From the human T2T-CHM13v2.0 reference genome, Homo sapiens, in NCBI RefSeq assembly GCF_009914755.1, contig NC_060931.1: a stretch of 64,000 nt of DNA. One strand, written 5' to 3'. The stretch's first letter is position 1, and each line of letters starts with the position of its first letter. The translations under genes were made by a program, and so were the position numbers. A model generated the notes under the pieces. That model was not told where the DNA came from, ran no database searches, and was given only the letters and a program-made list of their open reading frames with translations. Of the stretch, positions 26,313 through 39,930 are shown piece after piece.

Positions 26313-29300
26313 GTTACTAGAGTTACTATTACAGAAAAAATATTTTAATATAGAAATAACTTTTTTTTCTTTTACTATTAAGAAATAAAGAGCTAAATAA
26401 ACACTAAAACAAAAAAGATATGAGAAGGCTGATGCACAAAAGAGTAGATTTTTCTATTGTTTTCTCTTCCTGGAAATAACTGACTCCACTTGTAATTTTA
26501 AATGGATTACTAGTTGGTGACTCCCTTTTAATAATAGGAAGCAATTGTCATAAAATAAAACTAAGTTATAATATGTTGCAATTTTGAAAATTGTAACATG
26601 TTCATTAAAATACAAAAAGATGAAGATCTATATGGATCTACATCATCAGGAAGTGTCGGTCAAGACCTTTTTTTTGTATTGTGATGAGGTTCTGGGATTT
26701 GCTAACACAAATATTCTAAGGAGTTAGAAGATGTATCCTTAAATGGAGAAGGAAGAATAGCAGCAGAACTGGAAAGCATTGTGTCTAAGGCCCTTTTATT
26801 TAACCAGCTATCACAGGGGTAATCTTCATATCTTACTGTCACACGTGAGCTTTTCTACTAGGAGGTCAGCTGCCACTAATCATACAACATGAAGTTTTTA
26901 GGCTGATTGTCGAAGTGAATTTTAAAACAAAAAATAATAAAATCGCCTCTTTAGGGTTTGATTACCATGAACTCCAATACCTGATTCAATCAATAAAGGC
27001 ACAAGCACACATGAACATACACACAAAATTAGGAAACTTTCAAATATAAAGGCAAAACTTGGATGATCCCAAGAAACCATTCTAGTTTTAGAGCAATACA
27101 ATATCTTTTTCATAAAGAAACTCTAAAACAACAATTAACTAAGTAATTATATTTCAGAAAAAGGCCACCACCAAATGCAAAGAAAAAAACCATAATTCAG
27201 AGATCTAAAAATTACAGTAAAGAAACCAGACAGTTCTCTGCTTGTGATAATAATGAAATACACTTTATTTTTGTACATTGTGATATTCACTAATTTTATT
27301 GCATTATATTTACCACACTATACAATATGATTATATTACAATCTTCTTTTTATTTCATTTTTTTGCTTCTTTAATTAAATTTTTAGCTGCTGGATCACAG
27401 GAAACACTAGTATATTCCTTTGTATTTCACACGTCAGTTTAATTCTAGCTATACATGCCAGTACCAAATATATGTCCATTGAATACAATAGCCATAATAT
27501 GGCTTATTAAGCTATATCTTATAGAAGAAATTAAACAAATACGTTTCCCTGATAAAGAAGAAAAAGTTTGCATAATTTATTTTAGTAACCAGGGGAGTTT
27601 CCTATAAACTAATCAGACAACTTAGGTAACTACAGATGTTTACATAGCAACAGGTGAGAACGTTTATTTCTAAACAAATATAGCTGAAAAAATCTATTTT
27701 AATAATGGATTATAATGCCCATTCTATATGTTAATATTTATATTAAATACAATATAATAAATATCAACAAAGTTTGCCAAACCTTTACAAGCATCAATTC
27801 ATGATGACAATAATTTTTTTTCAAGGCTCTTTGAAGAGTAAGCATGGCTAATTACACCCCCAAGAATTTTTAACTGATATGAGTCATTATGATAATTTGA
27901 CAGATAGAAAAATAAAAGGTACAAAAGAGGTACAATAACTCCTGATGTCACCATAGAGGCACTGAAAATACAGAGAATAACATTAGGCCTTTAAATACTG
28001 TTTACCATATAAGCAAACTCACATTACCCTTGACAAATGTCTCCTAAAAACTAATCTAATTATTTTTAAAAGTTATATGATGAGATTTGTGAATTTTTAT
28101 TGACTTTGATGAGTACCCCTCACTATTATATTTCAGCTTTTATGGGAGCTTGAATATTTCAGCTTTAGTTTTCTAACCTTTAATTTTCTAACACTATTCC
28201 TTGCGACTGGAAAGCATGGACGATGCTTATGTTGATCACCTCCGGATCTCCATTAACTAGGATGGTGCCTAGGACACTACAAAACTCAACATATATTCAT
28301 AGACTTCATATACATTAGCTTCAGTTCCCTGACTCTAGCTTTAAAGAAGACTTTTTAAATATTAGTACTATCATTTTCAGTAATGATTTCTATCTACATG
28401 ATTTTTAAAATTGGTAGAGCCTAATTCCATAAGGAGTGTCCATGCTTTTGCTGGTACTCTTCTTCCAACGCTGCTTCTCTGATTCAGCAACTAGTTTTAG
28501 ATGTTAAGTGCTTAATACAAAATAGGAATAGAAGTTAAGTAAATAAATATTAACTTCAAAGTAATTCATATGTCTACTTTTCTCTTAGGGTAACAAAATC
28601 TTTAATAAAAAGCAGTTGAAGTCTTCTTTTAAATGTGATACCGTTCTTATTCTGTTACCAGAGATGTTTAAAGATTGTATTTTATTATTAACTCAAATGT
28701 GCTTATAAGCAAAACATTTTTCTTGTATCCTTGCTGCCATAATCAGTAGGGATAAGAATTTTGTAAAGCTGATGTGGCATTGTCTTATGTCCTCAGAAAG
28801 CGATCTCACCTCTGCCATGAAAATACATAAATGTACCCTGGAAAGAAAGTCTACTCAGTGTTTCCATGTTATCACAAATAATTTGTTCAGTGTTTACAGT
28901 TATTAACACCACTGAAATAGCTGGGGACTAATTAGCTCAGTTCGAAAATGTAAATTCGGTAAGCTTGACATCCGTTTTAGAAACTGAATTTTTGTCATCA
29001 ATAAACTTCCTTTAGGGATAAGGTACAAAAATGCATTGAACATTTTCCAGGGCACACCTCTAAGTTAGTGATATCTTTTCCATCGGTGGAGTTTTGCTTG
29101 ACTTGCATCACAATCCCTTTTGATAGGATCCCTGTAGCATCAATTAGCATAGTGTGCACCTTGTGTCATTTCAGCTACCTGCAATATTTAAAGAATAACT
29201 TTAAAAGATTAGCACCCTCAAATAAGAAAGGCAGTATAATGTACTGTCTGAAAGAGTGGATTCTGAAATCAGAATACTTGGGCTTAAATCTGCCTCAACC

Positions 29301-29441
29301 ATGTGTTACCTTGCATAGTGTATTACCTAATGGCCATTTGCCTCTGTTTTCTTATCTGTAAAATGGAGCCAATAATAGTATTTGAGTCATTCTGGAGAGT
29401 AAATACAAATGAAAGTGTTAGCCTGGTACATATTAGGTGCT

Positions 29442-30103
<662 letters not shown>

Positions 30104-30284
30104 GTGCTCAATAAATATTAACTTGTTCTGATGATTAATGTAATAATTATTGATGATTCCAGTGTATAAAATGTATTCATAGATGCTTTCAATAATCTGG
30201 CCTCTCAGTTTGCTGAATACTTCTTCTCTGGTAATCTCGTCCTCAAACCTCTTTCAGACAAACTTATAGCGGTACTGAAGTGTT

Positions 30285-30482
30285 TAATATGGTAAACACA
30301 TGTGACTATTTATTCTTAATGTAAATGCACAAAATTAAATAAAATTGGAATTTTGTTCCTCAGTTGCACTAGCCACATTTCAAATGCTCATTAGCCAGTT
30401 GTGGCTAGTAACTATTATATTGCACAGCACAGATACAGAGCATTTCTATTATAACAGAAAATTTTATAGAATAGCACTGCTG
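30285..30482. mobile_element. MER3-like hAT-Charlie element
   Basis: ttcctcagttgcactagccacatttcaaatgctcattagccagttgtggctag. Confidence 0.75.
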
Positions 30483-30621
30483 TAGACCTTGCATTCAATA
30501 ATGTTAACTGCTTTCCTATCTCAATTCTATGCATTATACTCTTATCATCACTTCCTATCTTTAAGCTCACTTTCTTTTACAATGACTTCAACTAAGTTTT
30601 GACTTTATCATTTCCTCTAAT

Positions 30622-31144
30622 TCATCAGTTCTCAAACTTTTTAGTCTCATAAACTCTACACTCCTAAAATTACTGAGGATGCCTAAAAGCTTTTATTTAT
30701 GTGAGTAGCATCTTGGTTATTTGTTGTATTATAAATTTAAAGTGAAAAATTAAAAATAATTTATATGTTAATTAAAATAGCAAAAATAAATTAGTTATAT
30801 GTTAACAGGAACAACCCATTTTAACATAAAATTTAACATTTGGGAGATTGTTATATTTTGCAAAGCAAAAGCAAATTTAGAGAAAACAGTATTAGCATTG
30901 TTTTACATTTTGCAAATCTCTTTAATGTCTGGTTTAAAAGATGGCAGCTGGATTCTCATATTTTCTTTTGCATTAAATCTATTGTGATATCACCCCCTAT
31001 GAGCTGTAAAACTCCACTGTAAAGTCATCAGCAATAAGAGTGACAAAGGCAAATAATATCTTAGTAGTGTTATGAAAACTTGGATCTTCTGGATCTCCTG
31101 AAAGGATCTTTGAGAACCTCATGATGATCCATTGAGGACTACTG
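30622..31144. mobile_element. Charlie4a-like hAT DNA transposon
   Basis: gttctcaaactttttagtctca...gcattgttttacattttgcaaatctctttaatgtctgg...gaggactactg. Confidence 0.75.
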
Positions 31145-31149
31145 TTCTA

Positions 31150-32880
31150 GATCTGACTCTCTTTCAGTGTCCTTCACTCCCTCAGATTGTCTGTCCACTT
31201 TCTACCCAGCTTAAATACTTTCTTGTACATAAAATTAATTTCCTTACATATAATTCTTTGGCATGCCAGCTTGAGAAAGTCACAACCATGGTTAAATGCT
31301 ACTATTCCACAGCTGCATCTGTGCAGATGAAAGCAGGAAAAAGATCACACAAGAACGTGGTCTTATCTCACTTGATGTCCTCTCAGTATTGTGAGGCAGT
31401 GATGCTATGCATCACAGACTGTCTATCCCTCACTTTCATCTTTTGCTCCTAACCCCCTATATCTCTTCCCTATGGTCACTCTCAATGACCGATCTCACTG
31501 AGAAAAGCAAGCATTTAGGAGAGAACTTCCACAGACTCTTTCCATCTTCTATAGATGCTTCCAACACCTATTTGTTGGTGCATGATCTCTGATTCTATCC
31601 ATTACTGTGTAAGAACACTCCGCAGGCCTGACTAATCCATCAATTCATGGGAGCATAGATCCTTTCTTCCTTCATCTAAGCAAGAACCTCTCTCTACGAT
31701 TTATTTTCTTTTCTCTTTACACTACCAATGTTTTCTTTTTATCAGATCATTCCCATTATCATATAAACAAACTATTGTTTCCCAATTTAAAAACATATCT
31801 TCTTTTGACCCAACTTGTAGGAGCTACCATCCCATTTATAACAAAAAATATTCCAAAAGTCACTTGGAATTACAAAAGTCATTTGGAAGCCCTATTTCAA
31901 ATACCCCTCTCCAATTCATTCTTAAACGCATTCTGATCAAGCTTTCATCCCTGCCTTCCTCAGAATCTGCTTCTGTCAATTTCACCCCCAGGTTGATAAA
32001 ATCTAATGATTTATTTCTGGTTCTCACCTTAATTGTCTTATCAAAGTATTTAATATGGTTGATCACCTTTCCTCCTTTGATACACACCTGTTACGGGGTG
32101 TATTAGTCCGTATTCACACTGCTGATAAAGACATACCCAAGATTGGGTGATTTATAAAGAAAAAGAGATTTCATAAACTCACAGTTCCGTGTGGCTGGGG
32201 AGGCCTCACAACCATGGTGGAAGGCAAAAGGCATGTCTTACATGGTGGCAAGCAAGAGAAAATGAGAGCCAAGTGAAAGGGAAAACCCCTTATAAAACCA
32301 TCAGAGCTCATGGGACTTATTAACTATCACGAGAACATATTAGGGGAAACCACTCCCATGATTCAATTATCTCCCACCAAGTCCCTCCCACAACACATGG
32401 GAATTATGTGACCCACAATTCAAGATGAGATTTGGGTGGGGACACAGCCAAATCATATCTCTAGGCTTCCAGGACATAACTCTCCTATATGCTTTCCTCA
32501 GCTTTTGCCATCCTTCTTAGTTTTGGCATACCTAAAGTCCCTTTCTCTTCTCTATGTATACTTGTTGTTTTGTTGACCTCATCCGGTTTTAATATCACCC
32601 CTATACTGCTAACTTCTAAATTAGAATCCTCAATCCATAACTTTCCCCTGAACACCAGATTGTATAGCCAAATGCCCCCTTGACAGTTTCACTTAGTTGT
32701 CAAATCGGTATCTTTAATGTGTTCCAAATGAATTACTGATCTCCATTCACAGACTTTCCCATCTCAGTTGATAGCAAATCCGCTCTTGACAATGCTCAGA
32801 CCATAGGCTTTAGAATTAATAGTACCCTTTCTTTTTATCCCTCACCCAGTCTATTATAAAATCCTAATGACTCTACTAAA
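31150..32880 (+). mobile_element. L2 LINE fragment split by THE1
   Basis: L2-like tctcactgagaaaagc...gaatctgcttctgtcaa...ttcccatctcagttgatagcaaatcc. Confidence 0.65.
32099..32460 (-). mobile_element. MaLR solo LTR (THE1B/C-like)
   Basis: tgtattagtccgtattcacactgctgataaagacatacc...gagatttgggtggggacacagccaaatcatatc. Confidence 0.92.
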
Positions 32881-32992
32881 ATGTGGCTAGTGAGACTGAG
32901 GAACTGAATTTTAAATTCTATTTCATTTTAATTAATTTAAATTTAATATTCACCTATAGCTGGTGGTTAAACATTGGGTAGCACATGCCTAG
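32880..32992. mobile_element. MER3/MER33-like hAT fragment
   Basis: atgtggctagtgagactgaggaactgaattttaaattctatttc. Confidence 0.65.
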
Positions 32993-35900
32993 ACTGACCA
33001 CTAAAATAATAAAGATTAAATCAGTATTAGGAAAAAAATAATTGATAATAGTTTTCAGTACATCCAACAGAAAGTAGGATAGAAAAGAAGAAATAATATA
33101 GACCAGTCAGGATGAAGAGAAAGCAAAGAAGATTCTTGCATTCTGCATTTACTGGTACATTATTTTTGTCTAAAGTAGTGCCTGGCACATTGTAAGCGTT
33201 CAGTAGGTATTGAATAGATATTACTATTAGGTTTTTGAGCCTCCTGTTATTAAACCAAAGATAAAGATTTTGTATGTTTTTGTGTGAATTCTGTTTTATG
33301 CTTAATATTTAATCCCTAAAATCAATATTTTATGTCACAACTTAAAAAAATACCATCATCTTTACACAACGATTATGAAAATGTAAGTTTTGATGGTAAG
33401 TGTCTTCCTAACATACAGTTCTTTGCACTATATTAAAATGTCACCTACATGTAAAAGTGCTTTACTCCTGAGTTTTGGAATGGTAGATACATTCAATGAG
33501 ACAGATAATGTCCTCTCAATAGTTGCACAGAGTCTAAGTTTCTTTATTTAGATGACTCTAGACTATGGATAGATTATAGATAAACATATTTTCTCCAACA
33601 AAAATATCGTTAGGGAAATTTATGTTTTTCATTATTTTGCTAATAAACTTATTACTATTACTTAGAAGAAGTTGTTTCCTGATTTTTCATGGCTTGAGCA
33701 TGATAAATTTTATTTTAAGGGATTCATACCAAGATAATTGTCATATGTCAAAAAATACCTTTATTGCTTTCAAAACTTAAAGTCTGTTGACCACCTAAAA
33801 GAAAAAAATGGCAATAACCTAAGAAAGATTCTGTCATTTCATTCATTAACATAATTAACTCATGGAAATGCTTTTCTTCCTTGTGTGCTAGCATTAAGAA
33901 CTTATTTAAATGGGCACATTTACAAATGTCAGAACTATTGAATGGCACAATGTGTATCTTTTACCAAAATAAAAAAATCCTTAATAACAGTTTATAAAGA
34001 TTCATTGTACAGAGTACATACAGTAATATATATATGATTTATTAAAATGTATTTTTTATTATGACTTTAAATCAAGTTTAGATTTCCCTTATAATTTCTC
34101 ACTAAAACTGAATGCTTAAAATCCAGTATTCTGTTGGGAAAACATTTAAAATTAGTATGTTAAAATTCAGCATATTTTCCCAGCAAATTCTGGGAAAAAA
34201 TATAGTAGAGATATTTTATATATTTTTAAATCTTTTGTAAGGCCTACTGTATTGGGCATCTGGAAAAATGAGAATTCTTCTTGTTATATTAATAATTTAT
34301 TAGTTTCAATTACAAAATGCCAGTGTGTGTGTGTTTATGTATATTACACATATCTCTCTATTTATCTCTCTTTTTCTAACTCTCCTGCAAAATCCACTTT
34401 GTAAAGTTAAAAATTCAATCCATGACCTACTTTTTTATTATATTCAACATCAGATTCACAATTCTGTGAAACAAAATGTAGAATATTCCTCATTGGAGAA
34501 TAGAAAGATAGAAACCATTTCTCTTGACTTAAATAAATGTAAAGCTCCTTATAAGTCTCAATGTGGATCAGATCGTCTGGGCTGTAAATTATCCTAAGAA
34601 AATAAAGTTAATGTCTGTTGAAACTGAATCATGTTTTACTTAACAACTTGCTTAACTTACTCCTCACATGAGACAAATAGCAGTCTATTCTCACCTCTTG
34701 TTCCTTTATGACATTTCTAACGATTATTTTTAAAATTCTAATATGTACAAGTTCATAGAGAATTTCACCTTTTCAACCTTATGACATTCAATTCCTGTTT
34801 AATTTTTAAAAATTCTTGATGCGTAGCCATAATCTACTGTAATTAATTTCATTCCATTTCTAGAAGAAAATAGGAATAAAAATAACAGCTTCTTCAATCA
34901 TGAACAGTAGGAATTTCTGGAATTTGTTGATGTGATGGTGTTGCCAGGCTGACCTAACAATTTTAAAGTAGAGTCCTTGCTTATATTGGAGCCTAATCCA
35001 GGCAGGTGTAACTCCACTCCCATCCACACGTGTTCATCTACTCACTCTTAAGAAATGTGTCATTTTGGCCTTGTTTAGATTTATATGCATATGCTTCAAA
35101 AATAAATTTTAGAGCTCGAATATAACTTTGTTCTTTATAGAAACAAATGAATGTGATGTTAAAATAAGGTTTCACTGAATCACATATACTTGTAAGCCTC
35201 AATAGGAATTTACCCAAAATATCAGTATAAATTTTATGAAATATTAGGCTCCTACAACATAGTAAATTAAGTAAACTTAGACTAAAATTTCATATTATAA
35301 CCAACATTGACCAAAGCAAATGAGAATAGTCAAGGTGCATTTGTTAAAGCACATCTGCAATTTCACATTCAGCTTTAGATGTCACTTCTAAAGTTCTGTG
35401 TACACATTAGAATTAATTAGAAAACAGTGACAGGGAAAACGAAATGACTCCAAATGAAATCAATTTATGTATTATTTATACACCTTTCTTCTGTTTTGTC
35501 CTAAAATTATTTTGAGGTAGCTTATACAGATACATGTAAGAGGTAGAAATTCAGATAGAATGAAAAATCAAGAGCAAGAGAAAAACAAAAATGTGCAGTG
35601 CTTATGTAGTAATGTAAGTTTTAACAACTCCATACAGTGTTGTGGATACATGGTCGTATTCTAGAGTTTCCTGGCATCCACTTAGAAAACATGATTATGA
35701 ACCTGACTCATGTTGTCCTAAAAATAAAATGAAATGCACGCAAATTACTGAGGCTCTGTGTTCTGGCCCTAGGCCTGAAAGCAATTATTCACATGGCTCT
35801 TTATATTGGGAACACTTAGTAATGTAGAAACAGCGTCCTCAATAACATCCTCTGATAAATAAAATAAGAAGTTCCATATGTTGAGTATGGTGTCTCACAG

Positions 35901-36099
35901 AATAAGCTTGGGACAAAATACTCTGTGTAAAGAAGTCCTCCAAGGAGCTAAAACCATATTATATAAATGCAGTATTTTCTGCACTTTTAACTTAATTGAG
36001 ATAAAACCTAACTATCAAAGCATGGTAGACTTGAGACCAAGTCACCAGGGATGTTGAGGAAACTTTGGCGGTGGAGGTAGTGGAGGTAACGGCGTGAGC

Positions 36100-36340
36100 T
36101 TTACAGCACAGTGCTTTTACTGAACAAGTTTGGGGGAGGTGCCCAGGATTTCAACTGTCTATGCAACTTCAGTGAGTAATGGAACCCCTCTGTGCTTGTT
36201 TGCTTCTTTGTAAAACAGAGATGATGACCATATTTCTATTTCATATAATTGTTGTAAGGACTGAATGAATAAATACAAGTCAAATCCCAGGAAAAGGGGT
36301 CTGGCACATATCAATTGTACAATAAGCATTATCTATTACT
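36100..36340 (+). mobile_element. MIR SINE
   Basis: ctctgtgcttgtttgcttctttgtaaaacag...gttgtaaggactgaatga...ctggcacata. Confidence 0.65.
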
Positions 36341-36431
36341 TTTATCTTTAAATTGAAAGGGGTTAGTATAGTACACAAATGAGGATAAGGAATGATTTGT
36401 TCCACTCTAAGCAGTGGAAATAGGTTAAAAT

Positions 36432-36797
36432 CAGTCGTTCCTCATTCACGGACTTGGTATTTTGACTTCCCCTATTCGTTAAAATTTATTTATAACCTCA
36501 AAATCAATAGTCGAGGAGCTTTTGTGGTCATTTGTGGACATGTGCAGAGCAGGAGATTTGAATTGCCCTGTAAGAGTCGCCCAGTTCTCAGCTGAGAGTA
36601 ACAAAGCGATGCTCCGCCTTCTTGTTTCAGCTCTCACACAACAGAGTCCTTTTCATATTCCAGTTACTGTGACACTTTCCACACTTTTGTGCTTTTTCTT
36701 GGTGATTTTACTGTTTAAAATGGCCCCTGAGAGTAGTCTGGAAGTGCTGGGTAGTGTCCCTAAGTGCAAGAAGGCTGTGATGTGTCTTTGGAAAAAA
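36432..36797. mobile_element. MER82-like TcMar-Tigger element, truncated
   Basis: aaaatttatttataacctcaaaatcaata...tgtttaaaatggcccctgagagtagt...taagtgcaagaaggctgtgatgtg. Confidence 0.78.
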
Positions 36798-38094
36798 GAG
36801 CACTGGGAGGAAGGCAAAAAGAATGAAAGTGAGGCAATCAGAGTCAGGAGGCTGAGCTGCTTCAAGAATTAGTGTGTCTGTAGTTGTGATGTAGAAACAT
36901 ACAATGAATGACCATTTATGCCTGATTCTGTAAAGAGGAAGCAAGCAAGATTCATGTTCAAGGCGTGAATCTAATAGCTGTAAAAAAAAGTAAGACAATT
37001 ATAGAAAATGAGTGTCATTTCTTCAGAGTAAAAATAATGGGGAATTATACAATATTTAAGATTAATGCTTGGTTTTTATTTATTTTTAAAGTTTGGCCAG
37101 AACTATTGCTAGCTGTTTTTATTGTTTTCATGCTTACCTGATGTCTCAAGTATGTGTATTTATGTCTGTCATGGCAAGTTGAATTTACCTAATTTTACAT
37201 ACAGTATCTACAATATGACAAACTTCTACTGTAACAAGGTCTTCATCAATGAGTTTCTATTTTGTTTAAGAGAACCTGTTATATTTGGCATAGTCATAAA
37301 GTCAAACTAAGTTTATTGAGCTTGCTGTAAAACACTTTATACCCAGCACTGGTTCTGTTGAGAAGAAAGAATTACCAAATTATATAAATATTGTAGCTCT
37401 GCATCTGGTTATATATTCTTAATATCTATTCTCAGCCTAAGCAATGCATGCCCACAGATGAGGAGGAGTTTTGCTCAGCCTGTTGTACTTACTTTCTCTA
37501 CACCTCTGGTGAGGAGGCTTATGGAGAAATCACTGTTGCATTTTTTATAACTCACAATTCTTGTGTGGTTGCAAAATTGTTTTCCCAGACTGGCCTGCAG
37601 TGGCTTGCCATGAAATGGAATGTTAACAAAGAGTAATTGAGGGTCCAGGGTAGGAGAGGCACCTTTTCCCTCTGTGTAAGAAGTACATTTGCTAGAGTTC
37701 CAAGGAAATGTGGACTCATTGTTTACAGCTATTTCTCAAAATTGATTGATTTATTTTTTTTTCTCTGCTGGCTTTGTACAAAAAAAAAAAGCACGTACTT
37801 TGGTGGAAACTAATTCTTCTCAACTTTGAATCAAGTCTAGTTACTTTTTAATACAAATGTAAGAATCGTTTAATACAAATATAATATTCATTGGAGTTAG
37901 GAAGCAGAATAATAAAATGTATACATTTTATTGTCACCACTGAACTTCAGACCTAGAATATTGCTAACCTTTTAAAACTGCCTGTGTAAACTTCCCTCTT
38001 CCATGCCATTTTCTCACCACTGATCATTTTCTTTCTTCCTTTTTAAATTTTTATTAAATGATTCTATTGCTTTGTTTATGTATACACACCATGT

Positions 38095-38657
38095 ATTTGC
38101 CATTACGTTATAGAAGTGAGCATGTGCATTCTTCACAACCAAGTGATTCTACTCTTGAATAGATGTGCCAAGATACAGGCATTTAGGTGTTGTAATAGCT
38201 AAGGCAGGAAACAACTCACATGTTCTCCAAGAAGACAATACATAAACAAATTGTGGGATAGAATATATATATGAGTGTGTGTGTATGTGTGTGTGTGTGT
38301 GTGTGTGGAGAGAGAGAAAGAGTTAGATTTTGTTTAGTTTTGAGTACAATAAAAATGTTATCTTATTGCTTATAATTCATATCTTTCCACAAACATATTT
38401 CTAATATTATGCTGTGTTGTTACAAATAGCTATAGTTTATTTAATTCCACTCAATAATTTCAATAATGGCTGTATAATATTCCATCATTTCTATCCCAGA
38501 ATTTGTTTATGTATTGTCTTCTTGGAGGACATGTGAGTTGTTTCCTGCTTTAGCTATTACAACACCTAAGTACCTGTATCTTGGTACATCTATTCAAGAG
38601 TAGAATCACTTGGTTATGAAGATTGCACATGCTCATTTCTATAAGGCAATGACAAAT
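38095..38657. repeat. Long inverted repeat: 169-bp arms, 225-bp spacer
   Basis: 38095-38263 is the reverse complement of 38489-38657, ungapped, 12 mismatches by manual alignment. Confidence 0.95.
38263..38321. repeat. Compound microsatellite (TA)n(TG)n(GA)n
   Basis: Seen directly. Confidence 0.92.
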
Positions 38658-39659
38658 TATCCTTCAAGATGGCTGTATGAAAACATTCCTACAAGTTGTG
38701 TAAAGCAGTTCCATTCATCTACATGAACACCGGCAGCTGGGAACATCAGGTATGTTAATGTTTGACAATTTCCTGGGAATAAAAGGAACTAGTGACTCAT
38801 TGCAGTCTCAATTTATACATGTCTGATCGTTATCATGGGTAAGTAATTTTCCTGTGTTTAAGAGTTTTATTGTTTCTTCCTCATTGAAATGCTTATTCAT
38901 GATTTGTTTAAATGTGAGCTTTATTTTTCAGAGCACTTATAGTTTCATAGTAAAATTGAGCACAAGGTAAGAGATTTCCCAGTTCCTACACACATGCACA
39001 ACCTCCCCACTATCAACATTCTGGCTGTTCATCAGTTTTGTACTGTTCTCTAGTGATTGGCATGATTTTTTTTTTTCTGAACAGTCATCTGTTTTCTAGT
39101 TTCTGGCTTGTCTTTTCACTGTTTTATGGTGTTTTTTGAAAACCATAACAATTAAAATTTCCTAATTCAGGTGTGTAGCTTATCAATCCTTTCTTTTATG
39201 GCTCACATTTTTGTGTTTTATTTGTAAAAGTATATTCCACACAAAAGGCCATGAGGATATCTTCTTACACATTCTTACAAAAGTTTTTCTAGTTTTTCCT
39301 TTCACCTATAACACTTTAATTCACCTAAAATGAATTTTTTGTACAATAATATAAGGCTCTAATAGAAGGCTTTTTCTATAGTGAAGTATAGTCCAAGTTT
39401 AATCAGTATATTAAATTCTCCCACTCAAAATAGTAGGGCTTTAATAACTTTAATTCTGATCATCTCTTTCTTACATATATGCTATAATGTTGCCACGATT
39501 TTATTTCTGTCCTTATTTTCAAATCTACATATTAGACACTTTATATACAGATGTTTCATTTATTTAAGTGCATAATTTTCAACTTCCTTGCTTTCCATTC
39601 TAGCATCTCAAATCTTCATTTTTCCTTTAATATATTTTTTTCTAAAGATCATATGAGAT

Positions 39660-39930
39660 GTTATAGGTTATTTCAAAGTGTTTGTTTTCATACTGAGTGA
39701 AATGGGGGAGACTTTGGCAGTTTTGGATAAAGACGACATGGTCTTACATGAAATTTAAAAGGGTCATACTGGTTGCTCTGTTGTAATAGAGGTGCAAATA
39801 GAAGTAAGTTGGCAATCAGGAAGGAGGCTATTGTATTATCCAGGAGATAAATGATGGGAGCTTAAATAAGGTTGGTAAGAGCATAGGGAGGAGTGAATAT
39901 ATTTCAAAGTAGAAACTATAGGATTCAAAT
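39660..39930 (-). mobile_element. L2 fragment
   Basis: ggaggctattgtattatccaggagataaatgatggg...atatatttcaaagtagaa. Confidence 0.6.

Larger units (their letters stand above)
37960..39560 (-). mobile_element. Ancient L1ME-like fragment containing an inverted self-copy and a probable younger L1M piece (about 38910-39025)
   Basis: Antisense L1M 3' motifs gctgtataatattccat...ggacatgtgagttgtttcc...gagtagaatcacttggtt. Confidence 0.7.

Noticed and set aside
36522-36872. 116-aa ORF with a Tigger-like MAP...K motif
   Set aside because: Degenerate MER82/Tigger remnant with no intact transposase
37458-37508. 51-nt phase-1 open exon-like segment (DEEEFCSACC...)
   Set aside because: Poor pyrimidine tract; such matches are expected by chance in 64 kb
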